From: Botryllus schlosseri
Lineage: Eukaryota
Assembly: GCA_051294905.1 (NCBI GenBank)
Contig: CM119371.1
Location: 28,026,001-28,090,000 of the forward strand
DNA length: 64,000 nt
Direction of reading: 5' to 3'
Shown here one piece after another: positions 12,426 to 26,080 of the stretch. Every line of letters starts with the position of its first letter. Within the stretch, counting starts at the first letter, position 1. The notes beneath the pieces are model-generated. The model did no database searches and was not told the DNA's origin. It was given only the letters and a program-made list of their open reading frames with translations. The translations under genes were made by a program, and so were the position numbers.

Positions 12426-14090
12426 TAAGGCGACGTGGCCTTCTGGGATTGGCGGGCGTATATTTGATCAAACCCTACTACTTCTGTCATGTGACGCAAT
12501 AATTGGTAATGTATACTACTCCAACTACCTCATTCCTTGAGTGACGACAGCTTACAAGGAATCATGATGCAACGTACTAATTGCTCAATTGATAATTACA
12601 TTTTTTCTGAAACATTGTCTTCACATTTACACTATTTACAAACCGTGATATTATATTGGTCATATTTCAAACGCTCTCTCACTAGGATTATAGATCAGGG
12701 ATCAGAATACCATTCGAAATTCTTGCCACGCTAACCCCAACCAAATACTGTACTAAAAATCAGGCAGATCGCTGCAGTATTGCTCGCCTGTAGCTGGGAT
12801 ATTTTATGGGTTCGCCTATAGTATAAATTATTTTGCGAATATTTACTTCAAATTTGCATGTTCCTCATGCCAGTGTACCGGAAATGTGATGATATTCTTA
12901 TGGAGCAGGGGCGGGCAACTTCTCCAATCGGCGGGCCGGATATAGGAAAACTAAGTTAGGCTACTTGGCGGGTCGGATTGCTGAATCGATACATTATTCG
13001 CCCATATGTACAAGGAATAGATCGTATTTCATGAATGTATTTTGACGACAGCAATGTTACTTCAGCGCCATTTCTCGCCGATAATGACGAAGACAATGCG
13101 GGTTTGAGAACAGTATTGTCATAGTCGCCGCCATGTCTGCTTCTCTCTGATCAATAAACTCACGGTGCAATCCTTACTTAAGATTTCAAATCGTTTGATA
13201 AGCCCGGTACCCAAAATTTACCAAGATATCAATTCATTAGGGTTGAGTACATCGTACATGCCGATAATGCAAGTCTTCTCGCTTCGACAAACTTACGCAT
13301 AAGCTCCATGGACGCTCTCACACGCTGCGCAGTGCGAACACGTATCTAATAACAGTCATACAGTCACTAAAATCTGACGTTTAGGCAAGTAGTGGGGAAT
13401 CTCGGCCGACTGAGGTCACGGGCCCGCGGGTCGTATATGTTGTCCGTCCTTATGGACGGTCCTAGATAACAATCTGCTGACTATCCCATTTTGCTCGCGG
13501 GAGCTGTAGAGTAGACGTACACGGTACCTCACCACCGTGAAGTAAACCTCACCAAAACGGACTCTGTAAAACTATTACCAGGAATTAGATTCGCATCATG
13601 GCTAGTTTAAGCGATAATGACATCCAAAATATCAATAATACAAGTGCTAGAAAAGGTACTATACTTATGATATTAAAGTATTTGAAAGTATGGAATATGT
13701 ATCAAGTATGATATGGAAAATGGAACAATGTTGGTATGGTATGGAAAATTGCAAGTATGGTATGGAGAGAGTAAGGCAAGTATGGAGTATGGAAAATCCT
13801 CGTTCCATACCATACCATACCATGCCCTGGTTGGCAGTTCACAAGTGTAGTAGTGTGGTGGGTGTTTCGATATTATTTTTGTAATGCCCGGGGAATTATA
13901 ATGATATTTTGCGCTACTGAATGTGATCAGGTGTCATCCATGCCCAGTTTATATTTCAAAGTTGAGATGTTGACTACCAGAGGGTTTGTCATCATTGAAT
14001 TAAGTATCACTGAGCTATCGTAGGGTTGCCATACGTCCAGATGTCCGTAATGTTAGTATTAAAACTGCCTCCGAGGGAAAATACTAGAAC

Positions 14091-14816
14091 AGTGGTTCTC
14101 CACCTTTATGTCTTTGAGGACACTTTTTGTACCACCGCGGATCCCCAATTTTAGTTCAAATCTATCTCAATTATCATGTCACCGTCATCTAACTTGTGTG
14201 AATGCCAGTGATGAAAAGCAATAAAACGACTTTTCTTTCAAATAACCGCATAGTAGTTATGTAGAAATTTGGAAGACTTTTACTATTTCAAAGCAAATTA
14301 TGTAACTGTATTTCTTGAAAGCCGCGGCCGTTTCTTGAAAATCCTCGGCGTCGATTTGATATGAATGAGTGCCAAAAATCCACAAAGATATATGGTGGCG
14401 AATGTGATAATAAAGCGTACCGCTTCCGTCGACATCACCGTTGAGAGTGATCGCAACATATATGCGAAAACAATTGAGAAACATATTTCGATGCACATAT
14501 AACGTCCAGCCTAGTCATTTTTATCAGCTCATCTCGAATTATTCTGGAATATCGGTTATTTATATATCTCAGGATTTTTGCAAACAATTTTTTTCCACCG
14601 TCTCAACAAAGCATTTTAAAACCGCAATATATGTTTTATTGGTTAGGCAATTTGGCAATTAAAATGAATTTGCACAGCAGAATACTAAATCTCATACGGC
14701 CATATTGTTTAGGTGAGTCCAGGAGTTTTGGCAGTTATGAAGCGACACTGCCTCGTGATTTCTCTAATTAAAAAAATATAAGTCAGGTTATCGACCCCCG
14801 GTTTGAGAGCCCCATG
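14091..14816 (-). mobile_element. hAT (Buster/Charlie-like) relic with a C-terminal transposase fragment
   Basis: CAGTGGTTCTC terminus. The minus-strand peptide AVRFIITFATIYLCGFLALIHIKS resembles the Buster C-terminal motif PFATTYLCE.GFS.L..IK. Confidence 0.65.
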
Positions 14817-15330
14817 TACTATAATAGGCCTAAATGTCTGGAATTTTCGTAATTTAGGAGATCAATAACAAATGACGTGTACCCTTTCGAATTACTCGCG
14901 TTACTCATGTGGAGTTTGGTTACGTTGATCAGTTCCCACGTTCTCACGTTCGGATGATGTTTCCACTTCCACGTCAACAGTTAAAGAACAATATTCCCCA
15001 TGTTTCGAAACGTAGGTGCTTTCCCGTGGAAATTGATATTCAAGTAGATTCTCATCACTTTGGCTAGGGAAATTACATAACAGATATGCAATGTAAGATT
15101 GAGCACGGTCGTAACAGATTGTTTCGAAAATAGAAGCTATTCTCATGGTGAATATTCTGCGCTGATATCATACATCAACTTGTTCAGGCTACTCAATTCA
15201 ATAGTTCTCATACCCCTACCTCCCACTTCTACTACATGTAGCTTTGGCTTGCTCTAAATATTGCTACTTCTACTTTTGATTAGAAGTTGAAGGTGATATA
15301 ATTCTACTTTTCAAGCTATAATCTTTTGAA

Positions 15331-16797
15331 ATGAACCCTTTCCGACTTCGTAACGGCTGCGATGATCATATTTGCGAGGTATGCGGGAAAAGTTTCATCA
15401 TCAAATCCTATCTGACAAGACACATGAAAATTCACGCCGTGTCGAAGGAGTTTGAGTGCGACGTATGCGGAAAAAGCTTTGTGCAGAGGCCTTACCTAAT
15501 AACTCATCTCGCGTTCCACACGATAAAGAAAGATTGTAAGTGCGGCATATGCGGGAGATCATTCAACACTAAATAGAAGTTGAGGACACACGTGAGCATC
15601 CACGCCGGGATAAAAGCGTTTGAGTGCGAAATATGCGGGAAAGGTTTCATAAAGAAGGAACATTTGAAAGCACATTATTTGAGTCATATTGGAACGAAAA
15701 ATTACCATGAGTGTCAGATATGCGGCAAAGGATTCGGGAAGAAATCTTATCTGAGATGTCATTATTCGATTCATACTGAGGCGAAGGATTCCGAGTGTGA
15801 TATATGTGGAAAAGGTTTCGTGCAGAAATCTCATCTTAGAGTTCATTATTCGATCCATACTGAGGCGAAGGATTACGAGTGTGATATATGCGGAAAAGGT
15901 TTCCGACAACATTCTGACCTGAGCAGCCATTGTTCGATCCATACTGAGGCGAAGGATTACGAGTGTGATATATGCGGAAAAGGTTTCCGACAACATTCTG
16001 ACCTGAGAAGTCATTATTCAATTCATACTGGAGCGGAAAAGTACCAATGTCGTGTATGCAAAAAAGTTTTTAAAACAAGATCTCAACTGAAAATACATTA
16101 TTTGATTCACACCAGAGATAAGGAACATAAGTGTGAAATCTGCGGGAAAGCATTTCGTTGGAAGTCGAACCTTAACGGGCACGTGAAGGTGATACACTGG
16201 AAAAGGACAAACTATGAGTGCGATATATGCGCGAAGGCTTTTCTGCAAGAGACTCATCTAAGACATCATTATGCCGCACACATGGACGCAAAATACCAAT
16301 GCGAGGTGTGTGGGAAACGCGTCAATCTCAAATATATGGAAAGACACATGAACATTCACGTCGGATTGGAAGAGTTTGAGTGCGAGGTATGTGCGAAACC
16401 ATTCGCCGACAAATTTCAAATGGGAGCACACATGAAATTTCACACCGGATTAAAAGAGTTTGCATGTGAGATTTGTGGTAAAGTATTCAGATCGAAGCCG
16501 TACGCTCAGATACACATGGAGTCGGCCCACTTAAACACGAAAGTATATGAGTGCGATACATGCGGTAAAGTGTTTCGGCAAAAATCAAACCTTTCGGCTC
16601 ACTATTCCGTCCACACGGGAACGAAATATCCGTGTGCAGTATGTGGGAAGATATTCAATGTCAAATCCTACTTGAGACAACACGGCAGGATTCACTCGGG
16701 AGTAAAAAAGCATGAGTGCGATATATGCGGGAGGATGTTCAGTGCAAAGAGTTCTCTTGTGTGTCACTTACGAATCCATAGAAGCGACGGAAGGTAA
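15331..16797 (+). pseudogene. C2H2 zinc-finger gene, 17 fingers, single exon, with one in-frame TAG at 15574-15576
   Basis: ORFs 15331-15576 and 15580-16797 share a frame. SFNTK*KLRTH aligns to SFNFKSNLRNH in the paralog. Confidence 0.9.
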
Positions 16798-19667
16798 GCG
16801 ACGATGCGACGATCCGTTGAACAATTCAAAGACGAGTCGCAGTGGTATAAATCGTCATCGCTGCCAGGAAATTCACCTGTTGTACTCATGGAAACGTTTT
16901 GATAAGTAGAAGTGACGTCACGGCATATCATATGATATATGCCTTGGTAACAATGGATTGGTGTGCTGCGTTCTTGCAGCATCGAATACATAGGAGACCA
17001 ATAAACATAATTATGACGCAACGTGAGGCGATTCAAGAGTGCGTGTACGATTCGCGTAATCATTTTTAACTGAGTTAGAAGACCTGGACAAAGTACAGAA
17101 ATCGGAATCGAACAGGAATGCATATGTTTGCGAAGGAATACGGATATGCTTATCTACTGTAAATTGGATATTATATGATATTATGAAGAGCAAATGGATG
17201 TCACGTGTAACGCTGAGTGTTCGCTTTTAAGGATTTTATCCACGTTTCATTCATGAAATGAGGCTTTATGCTTCCGTACTAGTTTTTACTCTTTGTAATG
17301 CAAGCTATATGGTGGAGAGGCACAACGCCTAGCAGAAGTGAGAAATGTCATAACATCCACCAAACTAGTAGAAACCCACTAAATTTCGGAATTTGCGCGC
17401 CAGATATGGTCCCCACTCCACCAAGATCATCTGGGCAGTCCAAATATCAATTATGATATTTAAAATTATCATTTTTCCATATCAGAGGTGGGCCGCATTC
17501 CAGGGCAAAGTCGTAATGAACTAATTATGTTAAACTGTCCAGTGCCCATGTTCATTTCCGGCGAACTTCGGACTATTCTACTTTTCGTATCGGCCAATTA
17601 TACGCACCGAAATCGCGAGTGGTAATCTTATGAATTGGCACTGTGATATGCTATGGTTTTTCAAATTTACGAATGGATTTCATGGTTAATAGCATGAGCT
17701 ATAGTATCACATATTACTATCAAATATTAATCCTTTCGCTGCCCATGTAATCAGAGTCACTAGTAGAGTTGATAGAGAGAGTGCTTTCGAAAATGTAGGG
17801 CAAGTTATAAATGATATCGCATCTTCGGGTGGGCCAGCTGTTATTAGTAACTTTGTTGTATGCTGTTATTTCTTGACCCCCTTCACGATTGTCGGTCTAG
17901 TCTAGTGGAAATAGATTGGAATCACCCAAATGTTCAGGAAACAAATTTCTTTCTTGAAGAGCACACATTCCGATTTCGGCTTACATTGCAGAAATCGGAA
18001 TCGAAAAATGAGATCGCATTGAATAGCGTGAAGCGCGAAGAATAATTTAAGATTGAATAAAATCTCTCAATAATTCGGGGGTGAATTCGAAATTTCAATT
18101 TGCATGTCGACGGCACACATACTAATTGAACTATCTCTACGTCCGCACAAATTTCCATCTACGGCCGCAGGTTGCCCACCCCTGATCTATATCCATCAAT
18201 TTGACGTTTTGCTACACGGATGGGGCAAAACGACTCCATTGGCATTTACCCTATTATGCCCTACTAAATACCGAATGCCACTGAGTCAGACATAAATTTT
18301 AATCCCTATGCAACCAGGGCTTTTCAGCTGGAGCAGGAGCAAGGTGTTGGAGCCCCGGAACCTGTATTGTCAGCGGAGCCGGAGCTCTAAATAAAATTCT
18401 GATGAAGCCGGAGCTGGGGCCGGTTGTTTGAAAAGTAGCTGTTGCTCAGGTGTATTTGATAAGATGCTATATGTTAATGCTTTTCACTGAATTCACAACA
18501 TTTTACGGTAATCTTTCACAAAATTAAGAATTGGTGCCTCGTTGATGCCGAATTTTTGAAACTAAGCATGATCCAATTGCTCAATTCTCATACATAACGC
18601 GCTAAACCTGGGTAAGCGATATATGTCATACGTCATACCCGGAATTTCGTACTCTGCGCGACACCGATGGCCAATAGAGCGGTTCGAAAAATATTGATCA
18701 CTATGTATTTCGCAAATAGGGACTGTGGCTTGTGTGAGTTGAGCAAATTCAGTAATGAGTATTTAGTCAGTGGTTCTAAAAGTGTGGTACGCCGGCACGC
18801 GTACCACAGTGGTACACGAGAGCTTCCTAGGTGGTACGCGAAGAGTGTTGTGAGTAATGTCGTACCTCAGATTGGCTAGCTTCTGCATAAGAAACAGTTG
18901 TAATTATCTCATTAATTGGTTCTTCCTTGCTATCCGTTGGTGTTGCGGTATTGTACTAACAGAATTAACCATAAAACACCGATACATTCAAGTAAAATAT
19001 GAAATTTAGGTGGTACAACCTGTAGTGAAAAACATGGTGTTGGATATAGCCTATTTGATAGGAATTAATGATTGAATGCGCGCTTTCCGGTATGTAAATC
19101 AGGGTTGTAACCAAGTCACATGGTTCCGAGTCACGAGTCAATCGTACTTTTGTGGTTTTGACTCGAGTCAAGTCCAGTCATTTTCAATTCATCACCGAGT
19201 CGAGTCCGAGTCCTAGTCACTGTTTAAAGGGTCAAGTCCGAGTCATACTGTTATGACTCGAGTCCGAGTCCAAGTCACAGTATTGAAGTCATGCTCATCC
19301 CATGTTTTCAATCCTGCTTTTGTGTGATATCGAATTCTTTGCTTGCCAAACATGCTTATTTTGTCCCTATCAGAGTCTTGGCACATGCTCCGTTCATGGA
19401 ATGATACGCTTTCAGGGGACTGGGAGGCCACATTAAAGGGGGCCCGACGACCACCCAGGGTCTCCTTTCACAGCCATATTCTAGCTATATCAACCAATCG
19501 GATATCTCCAGCGGCACTATTATCGGCCCGCTGACCGGCTGCAATATATCAAGTTCGTATTGATGATAAGTACTGTACTGTTTGATTGGTTTTTATTCAA
19601 GTATGTACATAAAATATCAATAATTTCATGAAGAAAATCTTTCCCCTTCATCGGGCGAAAAAGAATA

Positions 19668-19670
<3 letters not shown>

Positions 19671-19704
<34 letters not shown>

Positions 19705-19714
19705 TCTCTCTCTC

Positions 19715-19755
<41 letters not shown>
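19671..19755. repeat. (CT)n microsatellite
   Basis: Read directly from the sequence. Confidence 0.99.
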
Positions 19756-19759
<4 letters not shown>

Positions 19760-20793
19760 AATATCAAATGATAAGTTCACCGACAGTGCAAAATCTACGA
19801 TACAAACGAAATGCTACAATTTTGACATGTAAAAAAATCGCCCTAATAATAACAAACTGAACAATCTGCAAAACCATATCGTTCACCAGTAGTATATATG
19901 ATCGCTCTGGGTGTGCCTTGGGCTCTTATGGGTGCGGCGGCGTGGTGCCGCGAAACTCGTGGTGGCATGGTGACCCTTTTGACCCTCCCTCTCGGTCGCA
20001 TGGTGCCATTACGTCATATTGGCTGCGGCGGTGATTCGTACTTTCAGGTATAGGCTGCGGCGGCACGGTGCCGTGAAAACTCGCGGTGGTGAGTAACCTT
20101 TTCAGGTATATGCGCGGTGACATGGTGACCTTTTAGGTATATATTGTTGATGATTTGACTGTAGAGGATGACGTACTCTATAATTTGACTAACGTTGCGG
20201 GTATAACTGCGGCATGGTGCTGAACATGTATCATCATGTATGGTAAATAGTCACGTGATTGGTCCTTAGTCAATGTGAACTATTTCAAATTATTATATAT
20301 GACCGATTCGAGTTAATCTTAACGTTTACGGTGAGCGCGACTTCAATATATAGTTATTCTTATGAGCGCGGCTGTGATTCACACTTTCGGGTATAGGCTG
20401 CGGCGGTATGTCGTACTTCCAGCAAAAAAAGTGTGAAATAATTTGCTAAATCTAGGAATCACTCGCGTGATAATAGTTTGGTTGTTGTTGTTGTTAGTAT
20501 TGTGCATATGGTGTTCAGCTACTATGGCCTTTTACACCAGGTCTCAAGAGTCTTACAAATCCTTCAGCGTCACAACTGTCTGCCAGTGAGTACAACGAAT
20601 TCAGCCACTGGCAGCAAAATCCGTGGATCTGACAACAGTTTTGTGGGCTGAAACGGTATGCCTAGATTCGCCGCTGTCGTCTTCAAGTGATCACGGTGGT
20701 TCGAATAGTTTGGTAATTAGTTTACCGCAGAGCAGTGATTTGAATACCACCGCTCAGTAAGTCAATACATATCCATTGTAGAATAATATTTAT

Positions 20794-20833
20794 TAACTCG
20801 AAGACTTTTCGGGTGCCTCTTTTCAAGAGTTAT
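20794..20833 (-). ncRNA. Minimal hammerhead-ribozyme-like motif (U3-A8 core variant)
   Basis: Inverted copy of the motif at 22446-22487. Confidence 0.65.
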
Positions 20834-20988
20834 CGGCACACTAAAGGGATTTAAACAGATTTAAAAGCAAAACCAAAAAGGCAAAGTATGACGCAACAAT
20901 CAAAATCACAAACCATGAAATTCACATTGTGCCAATGGCAACAATAACAAACTATGAAGTATACGGACATACGGTACTATAGTAGCAG

Positions 20989-21915
20989 GGTTTCCAGTAA
21001 ACTCGCCCCAAAGTAAATTCGGCCATTACATCAGTAAATTCGGCCCACCGAGAATATTGTATTAAAATGTATTACCAACCGTTAACATGAATTAATTACA
21101 TAATTATACTATTATTAAGTGATTTGGATGTCAGGGTATGCGTAGATCGCGTAATCACGGGAGATAGCGCGGATATTCACGGGGACCGAATTTACCGACG
21201 GCCGAATTCACCGGTCAATTCACTGGTTACTCGGTCAATTCTGCCCTCGGATAATTTTTTATAAAAATGTATTACCAACTATTAATGTGAATTAATTTCA
21301 TAATTATATTATTATTAAGTGATTTGGAGAACAGGGTATGCGTATAAATATATATATGTATATATATATGCCGATGTTTACGGGGCCGAATTTACCGACA
21401 GCCGAATTCAATCGGTATATTCGGCCCTCGGAGAACATTGTGTGAAATTGTATTACGAACTAATAATGTGTATTATATTACATAATTATAATATTATCAA
21501 GTGATTTGGAGGTTAGGGGTTAGGTTTAGGGTTAGGATTAGCGTTAGGGTTAGGATTAGGGTTAGGTTAGGTTAGGATTAGGGTTAGGTTAGGATTGGGG
21601 TTAGGTTAGGATTAGGGTTAGGATTAGGGTTAGGATTAGGGTTAGGTTACGGTTAGGGTTAGGTTAGGTTAGGGTTAGGTTAGGTTAGGTTAGGATTAGG
21701 GTTAGGATTAGGGTTAGGGTTAGGTTAGGATTAGGTTAGGATTAGGGTTAGGTTAGGATTAGGGTAAGGGTTCAGGTTAGATAATGGTATTGTAACTGTT
21801 ATTGTTACTCTGGCCCTGGCCGAATTTACCGAGGGCCGAATTCACCGACGGCCGAAGTGACCGAGGGCCGAATTCAACGGGCCGAATTTACCTTGGGCCG
21901 AGTTTACTGGCAATC
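20989..21915. mobile_element. MITE with a 9-bp TSD (tagtagcag), Mutator-like, with an internal telomere-type array
   Basis: Imperfect TIR ggtttccagtaaactcg / cgagtttactggcaatc. The empty target site is preserved in the inverted pLTR at 22281-22310. Confidence 0.85.
21511..21780 (+). repeat. Interstitial telomere-like array (mixed TTAGGG/TTAGG/TTAGGA)
   Basis: Read directly from the sequence. Confidence 0.97.
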
Positions 21916-22445
21916 TAGTAGCAGCACAATTTGTAAATAAACAATTACACGCACGGAACAACACGCACTAATGAGAAATTTGTAGGTTATAGAGGAAATC
22001 TATTTATCTGCATAAAATAGGTTTGCTCAACTGAATAATAGTAGACTCCAACACTTTTAAATGAAACGCAGACCTACCACGCGCAATGACAGTGAACATA
22101 TTGTCATCATAGTGATGTGCACAGGCAAGGTTTTCACTCAGATGCTGACCAATTGACGAAGCATATGCTTGGTAATCATCATAGCAGTCTGTTTTTGCAG
22201 CCAATTTGCAGTGACGTGCTAGCTCCGTTCTCATTAGTTCTCATTAGTGCATGTTGTTCCGTGCGTTTAATTGTTTATTTACAAATTGTGCTGCTACTAT
22301 AGTACCGTATGTCCGTATACTTCATAGTTTGTTATTGTTGCCATTGGTACAATGCGAATTTCATGGTTTGTAATTTTGATTGTTGCGTCATACTTTGCCT
22401 TTTTGGTTTTGCTTTTAAATCTGTTTAAATCCCTTTAGTGTGCCG

Positions 22446-22487
22446 ATAACTCTTGAAAAGAGGCACCCGAAAAGTCTTCGAGTTATT
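22446..22487 (+). ncRNA. Minimal hammerhead-ribozyme-like motif (U3-A8 core variant)
   Basis: ATAACTC-TTGAAAA-GAGGCACCC-GAAA-AGTCT-TC-GAGTTAT: 7-bp stem I and a UUC cleavage triplet, inside a Penelope pLTR. Confidence 0.65.
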
Positions 22488-22512
22488 AAATATTATTCTA
22501 CAATGGATATTG

Positions 22513-24361
22513 CAGTGCTTTTCAACCTGTGTGACGGTTCGCACAAATTGCAGTGCGAATGACGAAGGTGGTGCGAACAGTGCGAATGAAAATCCGGATC
22601 AAGTGCGAATGAAAATCGTCAATAATTGTTAATTTCTTTGACGTGGAATAATTAAAATAAACCTAATACGAAATTTTAAGGTCAGTTTAACTTTGGTAGT
22701 AGCGACGCAATTGTAAAAACTTGTATGCATCACTAATCGTAGCTCTCACAAGCCGCAATGAATTAATATTTTTGCACCATAATTATTACGTAACCATAAG
22801 CCTGGTTTGGTAGCTGGCGTTTAGTGGCACACATACAGTATATCAGCCCGTCTGAGCCTGCAACAGGCTGAAAAAATACTGTCAAATAGACTTTCTGCTT
22901 TCTTTCGCTAAACAATAATTATATTTTCCGTAATAACTGTTCGATTAGCGCGAGGCACGAGAATAGTAGTAAATACCATCATTACAGTCACACATTTGCA
23001 AATTGCAGTGACGCAAATTTTTACCCCTTCAAGGGTTAGTAAAATATATATGGACCGCAAAGGGTCTAATTTTGGGTGGACACGGTGCTAGAGCCATCAG
23101 GTAATATTGGTGTAATATTTGTTCAATTTATTGCAAATTCAACCAAGGTCACTGTGTTCGGTACTGTAGCCAATAGGCGAGACACGCAGAAAATATGGCT
23201 TCAGCATGAGAATTCATGATAAGATTTGTCAGACTGTTTTTTTTTTTGAAAACATGGTCGAAGACCGTTGGGATGAACTAGTATAGGGGTGTGCTACGAA
23301 CGAGTTCAGGCCTTGGGACTTGCATATGAAGACGTAAAGTTTTGGCCCACAAACTGCTGATAAAATAAGGTGTTGAAACATAAACGGCGACAAAACCTTG
23401 GTCTAAAAGTGACCGATGCTGGATGGCCAAATCTTTCGCTATGGATATGCTCCGTTGTCGGCAAGGAATCGGACCGTTCTTGCAATCTTGAGTAGATAGT
23501 AGTACAACTGTGACACGCAGAAAATTGTTATTTTCCCTAATTTGAATTCGCGTGCGTCAGACATGTGTAGAATTTTGGTGTGCACGTTCTGTTTGTCATA
23601 CATGTCCGTTAAATCGTAGCATACAACTGTAATATTAATAATGAATTCCCTTTCGTGGGTGAGGCTCTGGTCGCGAGATATCACAAAAACTCAAATTTTG
23701 GTGGTGTTCAAAAATATGTTTTACCGTTATAAAACTGTTATGCATTCTCAAGTTAGATTGAGCTAAAGAGCAGAACACACAGTATCGTGAGTATATTTTC
23801 TCTTCCCACATACTCGTGACACAGAAGTTGGAGCAACGTATGACAAGGTAGCGAGCTCTAATGTGCCTACTCTCCTTGATCGTTTTGCAGCTTATGTTCC
23901 AAGACATAGGGCAAAAGCCTCAACACAAACATGTGGGGTTTTCACCCTTTCGACAAACTGCAGCAACCGGGAACTTTGTGTCAGCTCTCAAAAACTATTT
24001 CTGCCAGCCAGCATTTTTCATTCGCGAAAAATACGCTGTATTTTAGATATGAGTGCAGAACAGATTTTAAGACCTGGCCATCCAAGCACTAATAGACGTT
24101 CTTGTGCAAAATCCAACAACTCGTTTGGTCGAGAAGGGTTTTAGTGGAATAGTTGAAGTCAAAACGAGCGAAAAAGTTGCCCCTTTAATGAGACACTTTA
24201 TATCTTAATCTACATAGTAACCAATTTGTTGCACATCTGAACGGAATATTGTTCAGTGTCTCCATCTTCTTCTTATATAACAATTTTCGATTAGCTTGTG
24301 CGAATGAAATTTATTTGACAAAAAATGTGCGAACAAACCTCAAAAAGGTTGAAAAGCACTG
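22513..24361. mobile_element. hAT-type non-autonomous element inserted in the Penelope end
   Basis: TIR cagtgcttttcaacct / aggttgaaaagcactg; the flank (g)gatattg is duplicated. Confidence 0.85.
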
Positions 24362-26080
24362 GATATTGTATTGAAAGCTATATTCAAGTTCTGTACCACG
24401 AACCAGCTACTCAGTAAGTCGCAAAACTGGATTTCACTGGTAAGATTTCGTAAGAAAGGAATAACAGAACCGTCGCAGACGGTGATTCGAATACCGACAA
24501 ATTTTCACTTATTTCTGCTCTAACCCTAATCCTTTGCGAAGTTAACTCTTATTCAAAAAGGTGTGAAATAATTCTAAAATCCTACGGCCGCTCAGGGTAA
24601 TGCTTCAGACATAGCGATCCCTCATGATTCGGTGTTCCAGACATACCGATCCCTCACAAGGTAATATTTCGGTAATTAGTTTGTCACAGAGCCGTCGCAG
24701 ACGGTGATTCGAAAACCAACAATTTGACACTTTCTGGTGGTCGCTATTTTGAAATTTTTTGACACTTTGACACTTTGGAACAGTGGTTGACTTTAGTTGC
24801 ATGATAAGAATCATGGGAATCTTCAAGCAATGTGTCAATTTGTCAACTTGAAATGAAACTTACAACGCAACTCAAGTTGATTCGTATCTGAATGTGTTAA
24901 TTCGGCACAACTCTAATCCTTTTGAGAAATCCTTTTAACGTCTCTTGATTCGACCGTAACCTGAATATTACTGACGCCGACTTTCAGCCACATCGAATTA
25001 TTCACATATTCCGCGCCGCTGCTTTCACACCTATAGAATCAATACCAACTAGCTCAACAAGAATCAAGTATCACAAGTATGCACATACAATCATTGATCA
25101 ATCAGAGATCCCCTAAGAATACATGACAGGCGAATCACCGCCACAGCCTATATCAAAAAAGGCGAATCACCACCACGAGTTTTCACGGCACCATGCCGCC
25201 GCAGCCTATACCGAAAAGGTAACCATGTCACCGCACCCATACGACACAATGGCACCATGCGACCGGAGCCTATAGTTATAAGGGTCACCATGCCACCACG
25301 AGTTTCACGGCACCATGCCGCCGCACCCATAAGAGCCCAAGGCACACCCAAAGCGATCATATATACTACTTACACTCACTTCGATTACGCGCGATTCAAG
25401 CAGTCGGTGGACAAGTTTTTTCTATGCGATAGATAATACTTTTACAGACAACAAGACAGAAAAAACGACCGAACAGGACAAGAAACATTCTCAATAAAAC
25501 AAAAGATCGGAAGGCAGGACACATTTTGGAACACTAGATCGTTGGAGCGGCGGAAGCAAAGAACTCCATAACACGTTATCACGCCGCATCTTGAACAAAA
25601 TTCGGTTGCTCGAGTGTTCATTATCGTGGATCGACTATTCGGCATTGGCGCCTCCTGTAAAATTCCGAGGTCCGGTGTGCATTCTCACCCATAACAAAAT
25701 GGCCATCAACCATCAGTTGCACAATGCACAGTCATTTGGCCTTGTACTTGGGCATACCATCTGTGATTTTTCTTCAGATAATAGCCATCTGCAGCAATCA
25801 TCAAATATGGAAATACTTTCCAGGTGTTATTTGGTCATCCCTTACCGTGTAGGGGCACTTGACTTCCAACCATCTACGCTAGGGATATCAAAAGACAAAA
25901 ATCAAAAATACGTTTCTTTCGGTATCCAATGTAAACGTTTAAGTTTAAAGTTTTAAAGTTTTATAAATATTTTCATCAATTCAAAACACCAGGGACTAAC
26001 TCTTTCTCAGACGAGGCTGGGATGCCATTGCTGGCCCGATGTATTGGATACCGCAGACCATTTCACTCATTTGGCTACAT

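Larger units (their letters stand above)
20762..24374 (-). mobile_element. Penelope-like retroelement relic with inverted pseudo-LTRs and a GIY-YIG C-terminal fragment (22004-22234)
   Basis: The peptide SSIGQHLSENLACA..FTVIARGRSAFHLKVLESTIIQLSKPILCR is typical of Penelope endonuclease ends. 20770-20988 plus 21925-21975 is inverted at about 22240-22510. Confidence 0.8.
19888..25370. mobile_element. Non-autonomous element with long terminal inverted repeats; outer shell of a nested stack
   Basis: agtagtatatatgatcgct..gggtgtgccttgggctcttatgggtgcggcggc at 19888 is inverted at about 25140-25370. Confidence 0.85.

Noticed and set aside
12225..12471. His/Pro-rich ORFs
   Set aside because: They are translations of a minisatellite.
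21511..21780. True chromosome end or fusion site
   Set aside because: The array is enclosed by TIRs and a TSD within a transposon.
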